Source of the DNA: Gemmatimonadota bacterium
GTDB lineage: Bacteria > Gemmatimonadota > Gemmatimonadetes > Gemmatimonadales > GWC2-71-9
Direction of reading: 5' to 3'
Length of the DNA stretch: 64,000 nucleotides
Assembly (NCBI GenBank): GCA_041499375.1
Contig: JBGQKD010000004.1
Coordinates: forward strand, 1,137-65,136
Part shown: positions 44,657 through 52,942 of the stretch, one piece after another
How the letters are laid out: each line of letters starts with the position of its first letter
Numbering within the stretch: position 1 is the stretch's first letter
The notes under the pieces: model-generated
Databases searched by the model: none
Told to the model about the DNA's origin: nothing
What the model saw: only the letters and a program-made list of their open reading frames with translations
Position numbers and translations under genes: made by a program

Positions 44657-45332
44657 AGTGGACGGCGCAGATGCCGCCGGTCAGACGCTCGAACCCGACG
44701 CGCGAGAATCCGGCAGCTCTGAGCCGTTGTGACAGCGCCTCCGGCTCCGGAAACGCGAGCACCGACTCTGGCAGGTAGGTATAGGCGTCTCTATGTTTCG
44801 ACACCAGCCGGCCGATGGCGGGGAGAATTCGCCGGAAATAGAACTGGTACATCGCGCGCAGCGGCGCGAACCGGGGCGTGGCGAACTCGAGGATGACGAA
44901 GCGCGCACCCGGTTTCAGCACTCGTGCTGCCTCGCGCAATCCGCTGTCGAGATCGGCGAGATTGCGTACGCCAAATCCCACCAGCGCGCCGTCGAACCGC
45001 GCCGCGGGAAACGGCAGCGCCAGTGCGTCGGCGGCGACCGGAGCGGTGCGGGGCGATTTGTCCCTGCCCAGGGTCAGCATCAGGACCACGAAGTCGGCGC
45101 CGATCACACGGCCACGGAAGCCGTCACGCCGTGCCAACTCGGCGGCCAGGTCGAGCGTGCCGGCGCAAAGATCGAGGTAGGTGCCGTCGGGTTTCGCTTC
45201 CCAGCCGAGCCGAGCCACCGCGGCCCGTCGCCAGGACCGGTCCACGTTGAGGCTGAGCAGGTGGTTCAGGAAGTCGTACCGCGGCGCGATCGCCGTGAAC
45301 ATGCCACGGACGTAGGCTGGAGAACGACCCAT
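44643..45332 (-). CDS. ubiE: demethylmenaquinone/ubiquinone C-methyltransferase
   Basis: FTAIAPRYDFLNHLLSLNVDRSWRR, LDLCAGTLD SAM motif. Confidence 0.92.
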   Translation of the reverse strand: MGRSPAYVRGMFTAIAPRYDFLNHLLSLNVDRSWRRAAVARLGWEAKPDGTYLDLCAGTLDLAAELARRDGFRGRVIGADFVVLMLTLGRDKSPRTAPVAADALALPFPAARFDGALVGFGVRNLADLDSGLREAARVLKPGARFVILEFATPRFAPLRAMYQFYFRRILPAIGRLVSKHRDAYTYLPESVLAFPEPEALSQRLRAAGFSRVGFERLTGGICAVHYGTR

Positions 45333-45357
45333 AGGCGCGAAAGATAGGCCGGACCAC

Positions 45358-45942
45358 CTGAGCGACGCCAGCGATCAGCAGGTCGTCGCATGGGCAAAGC
45401 AGGGTCACGACGCCGCATTCCGGGAGCTCGTCCGTCGCTACGAGCGTCCGGTGTTTTCGCTGCTCTATCGGATGGTGCGCGATCGCGCCCTCGCCGAGGA
45501 TCTCGCGCAGGAAACGTTCATCAAAGTCCTGAACGGCATCAAATCGTACAAACCGGAGTTCAAGTTCTCATCGTGGATTTTCAAGATCGCGAACAACGCG
45601 GCGATCGATCATCTGCGCCGCAAGAGCATCGACACACTGTCGCTCGACGGCGCGCCCGGGGCCGAGACCCCCGACCAGGTGCGTGCGACGTCGTTACAGC
45701 TGGGCGACCGCGCCGAAAGCCCGCTCGACGAGGTAGAGAGCCGGGAGCTCGGCACCGCGATCGAGCGGGCCATCGCCCGGCTCCGGCCGGAGTACCGATC
45801 CTGTATCCTGCTGCGGCACGTGGAGGGGTATTCCTACGAGGAAATCGCCGATACCCTGGATCTGCCGCTCGGAACGGTCAAAACCTATATCCATCGGGCC
45901 CGTAATGAATTGCGTGGTTATCTCGATGATCGCCGGGACTGA
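45358..45942 (+). CDS. ECF (sigma-70 family) RNA polymerase sigma factor; start non-canonical or unresolved
   Basis: Regions 2 and 4 (AEDLAQETFIKV, WIFKIANNAAIDHLRR, YEEIADTLDLPLGTVKTYIHRAR). Conserved region 2.1 (SDQQVVAWAKQGHDAAFRELVRRYERP) lies upstream of the first canonical start, GTG 45451. Confidence 0.85.
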   Translation: MSDASDQQVVAWAKQGHDAAFRELVRRYERPVFSLLYRMVRDRALAEDLAQETFIKVLNGIKSYKPEFKFSSWIFKIANNAAIDHLRRKSIDTLSLDGAPGAETPDQVRATSLQLGDRAESPLDEVESRELGTAIERAIARLRPEYRSCILLRHVEGYSYEEIADTLDLPLGTVKTYIHRARNELRGYLDDRRD

Positions 45943-45975
45943 AACCAGGGCCGAAACGGGGCCGTAGGACACCAA

Positions 45976-46227
45976 ATGACTGACCTCTCCATGCATCTCA
46001 ACACCGAGGAAATCGAGCTCTGGGCGCAGGGTCTGCTGCCTGCCGCCCGAGCCATGCATCTCGCTGATTGCTCTCTCTGCCGTGTCGAAGCGGAACGTGA
46101 GCGAAAGGTCATTCTCGAGCTGGTCCAGCTTCCGAAGTACGCGCCGAGCGCTGGATTCGCCGATCGTGTGATGACGCGGGTAAAGATCCCGACTCCATCT
46201 GGAGACTGGGAGCAGCGACCGTCCTAG
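45976..46227 (+). CDS. short ZAS-type (H-x3-C-x2-C) anti-sigma factor, no TM segment
   Basis: HLADCSLC motif. 33 nt downstream of the sigma gene. 83 aa. Confidence 0.6.
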   Translation: MTDLSMHLNTEEIELWAQGLLPAARAMHLADCSLCRVEAERERKVILELVQLPKYAPSAGFADRVMTRVKIPTPSGDWEQRPS

Positions 46228-46964
46228 GCCCGCACTTCCGCCCCCACACTGAGTCCCAGCAGTCGCATCGCGCTTCCATCCCGCACCGCAATCTCGACCG
46301 TACCGCCGGAGCCCGTGAATGCCACGAGTGCTCCGGATGCGACGTCCGCGAACGTACGGCGCAAGGGACCTACGTCCACGTCTCCCACGCGAATGTTCGT
46401 ATCGGGCTTCAGGGCGCTGGGTGAGATGTTCGAGATCAGCGTCCCGAAGCGATCGACGTAGATCACTTCGCCGACGACCGCGTCTCCGTCAGTCGTCGGA
46501 ATCGGCAACGGCAAGTAGAGCGGATCGGTGATTGGCGTGCCCAGCGAATCGAGCGATCCCCCCTTGGCCAGCACGCCCGCGGCGGGCGCAAAGACATCGC
46601 GGCCGTGGAACGTGGGTGCCGCTTCAGGAAGCACGGGGATGGAGATGAACGTCGCGTTCAAGGACAAGAACGAAAGCAGCCCGTTATCCGGTGCCAGAAA
46701 GTACCGGCCAAATCGCGTTGCGCCGAGCACCCGGCGGTCCGTCCCAACACCTGCGTCGACGATGGCGACGTAAATCGTCCCTTCGGGGAAAAACATCCAG
46801 GTCCGACTCAGGACATACTGCGCGGCACGCACATCCCCCGGCGACACCTCATGGGTGATATCGAACAGCGTCGCGCTGGGAGCGTACGTCGAGAGCACGC
46901 CTTTCATCTCGGCGACGTAGCTGTCGGCGGTACCGAAGTCGGTCAAGAGCGTAATGATCGGCAT
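46224..46964 (-). CDS. SAM hydroxide adenosyltransferase (DUF62 / chlorinase-fluorinase fold)
   Basis: MPIITLLTDFGTADSYVAEMKGV and the two-domain layout. Confidence 0.85.
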   Translation of the reverse strand: MPIITLLTDFGTADSYVAEMKGVLSTYAPSATLFDITHEVSPGDVRAAQYVLSRTWMFFPEGTIYVAIVDAGVGTDRRVLGATRFGRYFLAPDNGLLSFLSLNATFISIPVLPEAAPTFHGRDVFAPAAGVLAKGGSLDSLGTPITDPLYLPLPIPTTDGDAVVGEVIYVDRFGTLISNISPSALKPDTNIRVGDVDVGPLRRTFADVASGALVAFTGSGGTVEIAVRDGSAMRLLGLSVGAEVRA

Positions 46965-46967
46965 GGT

Positions 46968-48248
46968 TTAGACCCTCACGGTACGCCACCGCCCGCCTTT
47001 CCAAAAGAGGATCATGGCGATGCCGCGCGAGATCGCGGTGATGCTCAACGCCACCCAGATCCCGAGCAGGCCAAACGCACGCGACCACCACGCTGAGAGC
47101 GGAATTCGCATCGCGGTGAGCGTCGTGCTCACGACCTGCGGCCAGAATGTATAGCCCGCGCCTGCCAGCGCCCCTTCGAGAATCAGCTCGAAGCTCTGAC
47201 CGATTTGCGCGAAGGCGATGACGCGCAGGTACAAGACGCCAGCGGCGATCACCTGCGCATCACGGGTAAACAGCGAGACCAGTCGACCCGGTAAGAGCAG
47301 AAAGGCGGTCGCCGTCGTCACGGTGACCACGAGGCAATAGCCGACGGTGAGCCGCACCGCTTCCCGCGCCCGCGCCTCCTGCCCCGCGCCGAGGTTCTGG
47401 CCGACAAGCGCGCCGGCGGCGAGCGCGAAGCCGCTGATCGCGATGAACCCGAGCCCTTCCATTTTATGGCCAACGCCCAGCGCGGCGAGCGCCGCCGTGC
47501 CAAACCGCGAGGTGAATCGGGTGAGCCACATGTAGGTCACCGAGAGCAGGACGCCCGCGAGCGACAACGGGGCCCCGATGCGGATGATCGTCGGCAGGGC
47601 GCGCCAGTCCGGAGCGCTGATCCGCAGCAGCCCCCGCCGCAACGCGATGACGAGGCCCATCAGGAATCCGCCGCCGCGCACCATCACCGAGGCTAGCGCC
47701 GCGCCCTCGACGCCGAGCCGCGGGAACGGGCCCAGCCCCATGATCAGCAATGGATCGAGCAGGATCGAAACGCCCACGGAGCCCGCGAGCATCAGAAACG
47801 GCGTTCGCGTATCACCGGCGGCGCGGAACGTGGCCTCCACGGCGAAGAAGCCGAATACGAGGGGCGCGCCCAGGAGCCAGGTCGACAGATAGGCATGTCC
47901 GAGCGTGCTCACCTCGGGCGGCACCGTCATGGCGCGAAACATCGCCCCCATGACGCCCCAGCCCACGACGCTCACGACGAGACCGGCCACCAGCGCATAC
48001 GCCAAGGCGGCCGCGGCCGCCCGCGCCGCGCGCTCCGGATTGCCCTCCCCATGACGCCGCGCCGCGACGGCGATCAATCCGATCTCCACCATCTCGCCGA
48101 GACTGAGTGCGACCCAGATGTAGAATCCGGCGGTGGACACCGCGGCGAGAGCGGCCGGGCCGATGAGCCGGCCCACCCAGATGCTGTCGATCAGATTGAA
48201 CGAGAAGTGGCACGCCATCATCGCGACGGCGGGAGCGGCGAGCCGCAA
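46968..48248 (-). CDS. MATE-family efflux transporter; start may lie up to 30 nt upstream
   Basis: 12 TM pattern, LRLAAPAVAMM..DSIWVGRLG. Confidence 0.9.
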   Translation of the reverse strand: MRLAAPAVAMMACHFSFNLIDSIWVGRLIGPAALAAVSTAGFYIWVALSLGEMVEIGLIAVAARRHGEGNPERAARAAAAALAYALVAGLVVSVVGWGVMGAMFRAMTVPPEVSTLGHAYLSTWLLGAPLVFGFFAVEATFRAAGDTRTPFLMLAGSVGVSILLDPLLIMGLGPFPRLGVEGAALASVMVRGGGFLMGLVIALRRGLLRISAPDWRALPTIIRIGAPLSLAGVLLSVTYMWLTRFTSRFGTAALAALGVGHKMEGLGFIAISGFALAAGALVGQNLGAGQEARAREAVRLTVGYCLVVTVTTATAFLLLPGRLVSLFTRDAQVIAAGVLYLRVIAFAQIGQSFELILEGALAGAGYTFWPQVVSTTLTAMRIPLSAWWSRAFGLLGIWVALSITAISRGIAMILFWKGGRWRTVRV

Positions 48249-48294
48249 AACGACCAGCCGCAGCGGGCCGGTCGTCAGCGAGCCGGCGACCTGC

Positions 48295-48900
48295 TTAGCG
48301 GGCGTAGCGTGCTACCAGCACGAGCGCGTCATCGTTGCCCTTCACATGCCGGGTGATGACGAAGTCGGCGATCTCCTGCGGTGTATTGGAGAGCATGAGC
48401 GACTCCGCGAAACCGTCCTTGATGCCGTCAGAGAACAGAATCACGGTATCGCCCAGGGCGAGCGGCACCGAGCGCGTCGTGGGATGGGCCTGCTCGGCGC
48501 CGATGAAGCCCGCGTTCGGCACCAGCGTGATGCGCGACGGACGGTTGCCGAGATCGGCGCGCAACAGCACGCCGCCGACGTTGCCCACACCGAGCCACGA
48601 CATCGTCGCGGCCTGTGGATCGAGATAGGCGAGGCCAAGCACCACGCCGCGCAATCCGACGAGCGCATCGTGGCAGCGGCGCACGAGATCGATGAGCGGC
48701 TCGCGCGAGTAGCGGTCCAGCGCGCCCACGGCGGCGTGCGCCGCGGACGCGGCGTCCTGACCGTGGCCCAGGCCGTCCACGACCGCGATGAGCGTCCCTT
48801 TATCCACACGTTTGATGAGTGAGAGGTCGCCGGATTCGGACTGCCCCGGCAACGGCAGCGTCGCGAACGCTGCTTCGATTTTCAAATCGCCCGCCGCCAC
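48295..48900 (-). CDS. rsbX: RsbX-like PP2C serine phosphatase
   Basis: 201 aa, SGD..VDGLGHG..FSDG PP2C/SpoIIE motifs. Overlaps the rsbT-like gene by 19 nt. Confidence 0.8.
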   Translation of the reverse strand: MAAGDLKIEAAFATLPLPGQSESGDLSLIKRVDKGTLIAVVDGLGHGQDAASAAHAAVGALDRYSREPLIDLVRRCHDALVGLRGVVLGLAYLDPQAATMSWLGVGNVGGVLLRADLGNRPSRITLVPNAGFIGAEQAHPTTRSVPLALGDTVILFSDGIKDGFAESLMLSNTPQEIADFVITRHVKGNDDALVLVARYAR

Positions 48901-49295
48901 TTTTTCATCGTGATGGTCGTGCCGCGACCCACGACCGAATCGACGGCGAAGTCGTCCATCAGCCGCTTCGCGCCCGGCAGCCCGGCGCCCACGCCGTGCG
49001 AGGTGGAATAGCCGTATTGCATCGCCCGCTCGATGTCGGGAATGCCCGGACCCTGATCGACGGCGATGATCGAGACGCCCTGGCGATCGCCGTTCTGGAC
49101 GAGGCTCAGCGTGATCTCGCCCCTCTTGGCGTACATCAGGATGTTGCGGGCGATCTCCGAGATGGCGGCGGCAATGACCGTCTGCTCGCCGCTCGAAAAT
49201 CCTGCGACGGCGGCTAACGCGCGGCCTTGCTGTCTCGCTTCAACGACGTCAACGTCCGCGGCGATCTGCAGGCGCAGCTCTTCACCCACGGCCAC
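48882..49295 (-). CDS. rsbT: RsbT-like GHKL serine kinase (anti-sigma regulatory factor type)
   Basis: EIARNILMYA (N-box), DQGPGI, GAGLPG. Confidence 0.85.
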   Translation of the reverse strand: MAVGEELRLQIAADVDVVEARQQGRALAAVAGFSSGEQTVIAAAISEIARNILMYAKRGEITLSLVQNGDRQGVSIIAVDQGPGIPDIERAMQYGYSTSHGVGAGLPGAKRLMDDFAVDSVVGRGTTITMKKWRRAI

Positions 49296-49680
49296 TCGGC
49301 TTCTTGGGTTTGGTCTCGAAGGTGCGCTCTTCGGTGCGGCGGTTCAGGAAGGCGAGGCCCTCTTCCAGGTCCAGCACCGTCGCGACGCCCTTCAGGGTCA
49401 GGCCGAGCTGCACCATGGCGAACGCCACGTCCGGCTGGATGCCGACGATGACCGTCTCCGCCCCGCGTAGGCGCGCCATGTGCGCGATGTCGCGCAGCGT
49501 GCGGACCGCGAACGAGTCCATCACGTCGAGCGCGGTGACGTCGACGATGACACCGCGGCAGCGCGACCGCCCGACCTGGGCGACCAGCGCTTCGCGAAGA
49601 TGGGAAAGATCGGCGTCTGTGAGGGCGGACTGAATCGAGGCAATGAGATATTGCCCCTGCCGCAGAATGGGTACTTCCAC
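49282..49680 (-). CDS. rsbS: RsbS-like single STAS-domain protein
   Basis: VPILRQGQYLIASIQ, VDVTALDVMDSFAV (phosphorylatable Ser context). Confidence 0.85.
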   Translation of the reverse strand: MEVPILRQGQYLIASIQSALTDADLSHLREALVAQVGRSRCRGVIVDVTALDVMDSFAVRTLRDIAHMARLRGAETVIVGIQPDVAFAMVQLGLTLKGVATVLDLEEGLAFLNRRTEERTFETKPKKPSGRG

Positions 49681-49692
49681 GGCGTCCTCCGG

Positions 49693-50643
49693 CTAACGCT
49701 GAGATTCTGGGGCGATTTCGCGGACCTGGGTCGTCGGCGGCGCGCGATCGGCGAGCAAGCGCTCCGCCTCTTCGATGCCTCCCTGGAGGTCACCGACGGT
49801 GGCCATTTCGCTCAGGTCGACGCCGATCGTCACCAGAGTCTGTGCGATTTCGGGCGACAGGCCGGTCACGATGACGGTGGCACCCAGCAGACGCGATGCT
49901 TCGACCGTCTGCACCAAGTGGTTCGCGACGCCCGAGTCCATGGCCGCCACACCGGTCACGTCGATCACGACGACCTTGGCGCGGTTCGCGCGGATCGCCC
50001 GGAGGAGCTGCTCCGTGAGCTGCCGGGCGCGTTGCGGATCGATGACGCCGATGATCGGCAGAATCAGCAACCGCTCGCGCACCTGCAACACCGGGGTCGA
50101 GAGCTCGCGGATCGCTTCCTGTTGCTGGCGGATGATGCGCTCGCGCTCTTCGACGAATCCGACGGCCACGGTGTTCGCGATGCGGTTCGCCGCGGGCTCG
50201 TAGCTGTCGAGAATCCGGTTCAGTTTTTCGACATTGTCCTGGTACTTGGTGAACAGCGAGCGGGCGAGTACATCACGGAGTAACAGCACGATGCCGACGA
50301 CTTCGTCGGTTTCGACGCCTCGCGGAATGATACGCTCCGAGAGTCGCCGCGAGTACGCTTGCAGGGCTTCGAAGGTGCCGGTCTCGAGCGCCTCGACGTA
50401 GTTGTCGTAGACCGCGGTCGCTTCGGCGAAGATTTCCTCTTCCGTCATCGCCGTGAGCAGCTCGGCGCGCGTGATGCGGCGCGCCCATTCCTCGCGCAGC
50501 TGCGTGCGGTTCTGTCGCAGGTGCGCGACGAGCTCGCGCAGCAACCCGGCCGACGACTCGGACAGCGCCTGGGGATCAGACGCGCGGGCCGATACGCTCA
50601 TGCTTTTCTTGGTGTCCATGGCTCCTAACCTAGTGGTGGTCAC
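49693..50643 (-). CDS. rsbR: RsbR-like stressosome sensor (helical N-domain plus STAS)
   Basis: STPVLQVRERLLILPIIGVID, VIDVTGVAAMDS. Start is GTG 50643 or ATG 50619. Confidence 0.85.
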   Translation of the reverse strand: MTTTRLGAMDTKKSMSVSARASDPQALSESSAGLLRELVAHLRQNRTQLREEWARRITRAELLTAMTEEEIFAEATAVYDNYVEALETGTFEALQAYSRRLSERIIPRGVETDEVVGIVLLLRDVLARSLFTKYQDNVEKLNRILDSYEPAANRIANTVAVGFVEERERIIRQQQEAIRELSTPVLQVRERLLILPIIGVIDPQRARQLTEQLLRAIRANRAKVVVIDVTGVAAMDSGVANHLVQTVEASRLLGATVIVTGLSPEIAQTLVTIGVDLSEMATVGDLQGGIEEAERLLADRAPPTTQVREIAPESQR

Positions 50644-52050
50644 TTAGGGAGCAAGCCCCGCTGCCCTGCTTTTGCGGCGTTCCTTGGTCTCATAGAGCGC
50701 GACGTCGGCTGCGTTGAGGAGTGCCTCCACGGTGTCACCGTGGCCGGGGTACACTGCTACCCCAACACTGATCGACAAGTTCGGCTTCTCGGCGTCCGTG
50801 GCCAGCCGGTCCGCTACCCCGCGCGCCACGTGCCAGGCCGCCGCCTCCCCCGTCTCGGGGAGCACGAGCGCGAACTCATCGCCCCCGAACCGGGCCGCCG
50901 TGTCGGTCGCTCGGCAGGAGCCGAGCAGCGCCTCCGCCACGCGACGGATCGCCAGGCTGCCGGCGAGGTGCCCGTGGCGGTCGTTGATCTGCTTCAGGCC
51001 ATCGAGATCGAGCAACACCACCGCCAGCGGCTGTCCCGTGCGGCGCGAGCGCCGGATCTCGGACTCGAGCGAGTGAGTCAGCTGGCGGTGATTGGCGAGC
51101 CCCGTCAGTGCGTCGGTAACGGCCAGCTCGCGCCACGTACCCTGGATATCGCGCTGCGCCGCGACCGCGGCGGCGAGCACGAGACTCGTCACCGCGGTGA
51201 TGCCGGTCCACACCTGCAGCAACACCAACGATTCGTTGGCGTCGTACACGGAAAACGGCCCCACGTGGGACAGCGTCCGCCAGATCGCGATCGCGGACAC
51301 GATGAGCATCGTGGTCGCTGCTTCGCGCGGGCCGAAGCGGAACGCCACCCAGATCATCACCGGCCACAGCAGGACGGTGAGGGGATAGTGCCGCGACGGA
51401 AACACACCGCCGAAGAGCGCCAGCGTCACCAGCGCCGCGACGAGCGCGAGCGCGACCGCCTCGAAGATTTGCCGGACCGTCCAGGCCGGGCCGAGCTTGA
51501 CGCCGGTCCAGAGAATCAGCGCCGGCGCGACCACGATGTCGCCGACCGCGTCACCGAGCCACCACGTCAGCCAGACGCGCGGCGCATCCGCCACCGACAC
51601 GAGACCGCCGAGCGCGAGCGAGGTCACACCGAGGGACGCGGCCACCGTCGTGCTGACGAGCGCGGCGAGCAGCGTGAACCGGATGATGTCGCGGACGCGA
51701 TCGAACACCCGTCCCCCGCGCGCGAAGCGGTTGACGAGGTACGCCGCGAGCAACCCTTCCATTGTATTGCCCACCGCAATGCCGATGGACGGGAAAACGG
51801 CACCGGTGGTCGTGACGTTCGCGAAGAAAGCACCGGCCAGGATCGCGGGCCACACCCCGTAGCCCAGGAGCACGAACGCCGCGAGCGCGATCCCGGCGGG
51901 CGGCCAGATCGTGGTGACCGAACTGTTGATGTAGGCGAATCGGAGGCCGAGCTTCGCGCCGACATAGTAGACCGCGGCGAGCCCGAATAGCAGCGCCACG
52001 CGGCGTATGGACTGGCTCATCTGGCCTAGGCTAAGAGAGCGATTCGTCAT
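50644..52050 (-). CDS. MASE1-domain diguanylate cyclase (GGDEF)
   Basis: Eight-helix MASE1-like N-terminus (YYVGAKLGLRFAY..TTIWPPAGIALAA). GGDEF domain with RFGGDEFAL. Start is 52050 or 52020. Confidence 0.88.
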   Translation of the reverse strand: MTNRSLSLGQMSQSIRRVALLFGLAAVYYVGAKLGLRFAYINSSVTTIWPPAGIALAAFVLLGYGVWPAILAGAFFANVTTTGAVFPSIGIAVGNTMEGLLAAYLVNRFARGGRVFDRVRDIIRFTLLAALVSTTVAASLGVTSLALGGLVSVADAPRVWLTWWLGDAVGDIVVAPALILWTGVKLGPAWTVRQIFEAVALALVAALVTLALFGGVFPSRHYPLTVLLWPVMIWVAFRFGPREAATTMLIVSAIAIWRTLSHVGPFSVYDANESLVLLQVWTGITAVTSLVLAAAVAAQRDIQGTWRELAVTDALTGLANHRQLTHSLESEIRRSRRTGQPLAVVLLDLDGLKQINDRHGHLAGSLAIRRVAEALLGSCRATDTAARFGGDEFALVLPETGEAAAWHVARGVADRLATDAEKPNLSISVGVAVYPGHGDTVEALLNAADVALYETKERRKSRAAGLAP

Positions 52051-52134
52051 GAATCCCCTGATCCCCCAGTGGATGCCGCTGGGTTCCCGGGGGAATAACA
52101 TGACTCCCGGGGATAGGGGGGAGTGTGACCTGGA

Positions 52135-52941
52135 TCATTCGCCCTGTGTTCGCGCCGGAACCTCCCGCAAAAACCGCTGAAACACCGGATTCCCAGGATA
52201 GCGCGCGGCGAGTCCCTCCACGTAGCCGCGCGCTTCGCGTTCCAGCACCGCGCGACCCGCGGGATCCCGCGCCGCTTCGCGCATCAAGGCTGCCGCGAGC
52301 ACCCACGTGCTCTCAACGCGCGCCAGGTCTCCGTCATGCGCCGCGCGACGGATGTAGCGGATTCCCCGTTCCGCGTTGCCGCTGCCCAAGCCGATGATGC
52401 GCGCGAAGAATCGGGAGAACGCGCCGGCGCGTGCCAGGCCGTAGTCGTACACGCCCAGTCCGAGATAGCAGTCAGCGCAGGAGGAGTCGGCGGCGAGCAG
52501 GCGGCGGTAGATGTCGCGCATTGCCTTCGCGTCTCTGGCCGCGCCGTAGGCGTGGCCGTGCTCCTCGCGCTGCCGCGCGCGATAGCCGAGTGCGGTGGCC
52601 AGCCAGAAGTCACCCGGCATCCCGGGCGCGGCACGCGCCCGGGCCAGGGCTACACCGAGCAGCGAGTCGATGCGCTGCTCCGCGAAGTCGGCGGAATCCA
52701 GCGCCGAGGCCCACCAGATGTAGGCGCCCGCCTCGAACACGGCCGGGGCGGGATCGGCCGGCGCCCGCGCGGCGAGCGTCGCGAAGTAGGCTGCCGCGCG
52801 TTCGAAATCGCCGCCATACAGCGTATCGAGACCGGCGCGCAGGGCCTGCCGCGCATCGGGAGGGGAGGGGGGGGACGGGACCCCAAGACCTGGGGACGGC
52901 GCGCTCTGCAGCGCGAGCAAGATCGCTGCAAGCACGGGCAC
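52135..52941 (-). CDS. hypothetical exported helical-repeat (TPR-like) protein
   Basis: Trimmed to GTG 52941, giving (M)PVLAAILLALQSAPS. Ala/Arg-rich helical repeats. No family recognised. Confidence 0.55.
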   Translation of the reverse strand: MPVLAAILLALQSAPSPGLGVPSPPSPPDARQALRAGLDTLYGGDFERAAAYFATLAARAPADPAPAVFEAGAYIWWASALDSADFAEQRIDSLLGVALARARAAPGMPGDFWLATALGYRARQREEHGHAYGAARDAKAMRDIYRRLLAADSSCADCYLGLGVYDYGLARAGAFSRFFARIIGLGSGNAERGIRYIRRAAHDGDLARVESTWVLAAALMREAARDPAGRAVLEREARGYVEGLAARYPGNPVFQRFLREVPARTQGE

Positions 52942-52942
52942 G

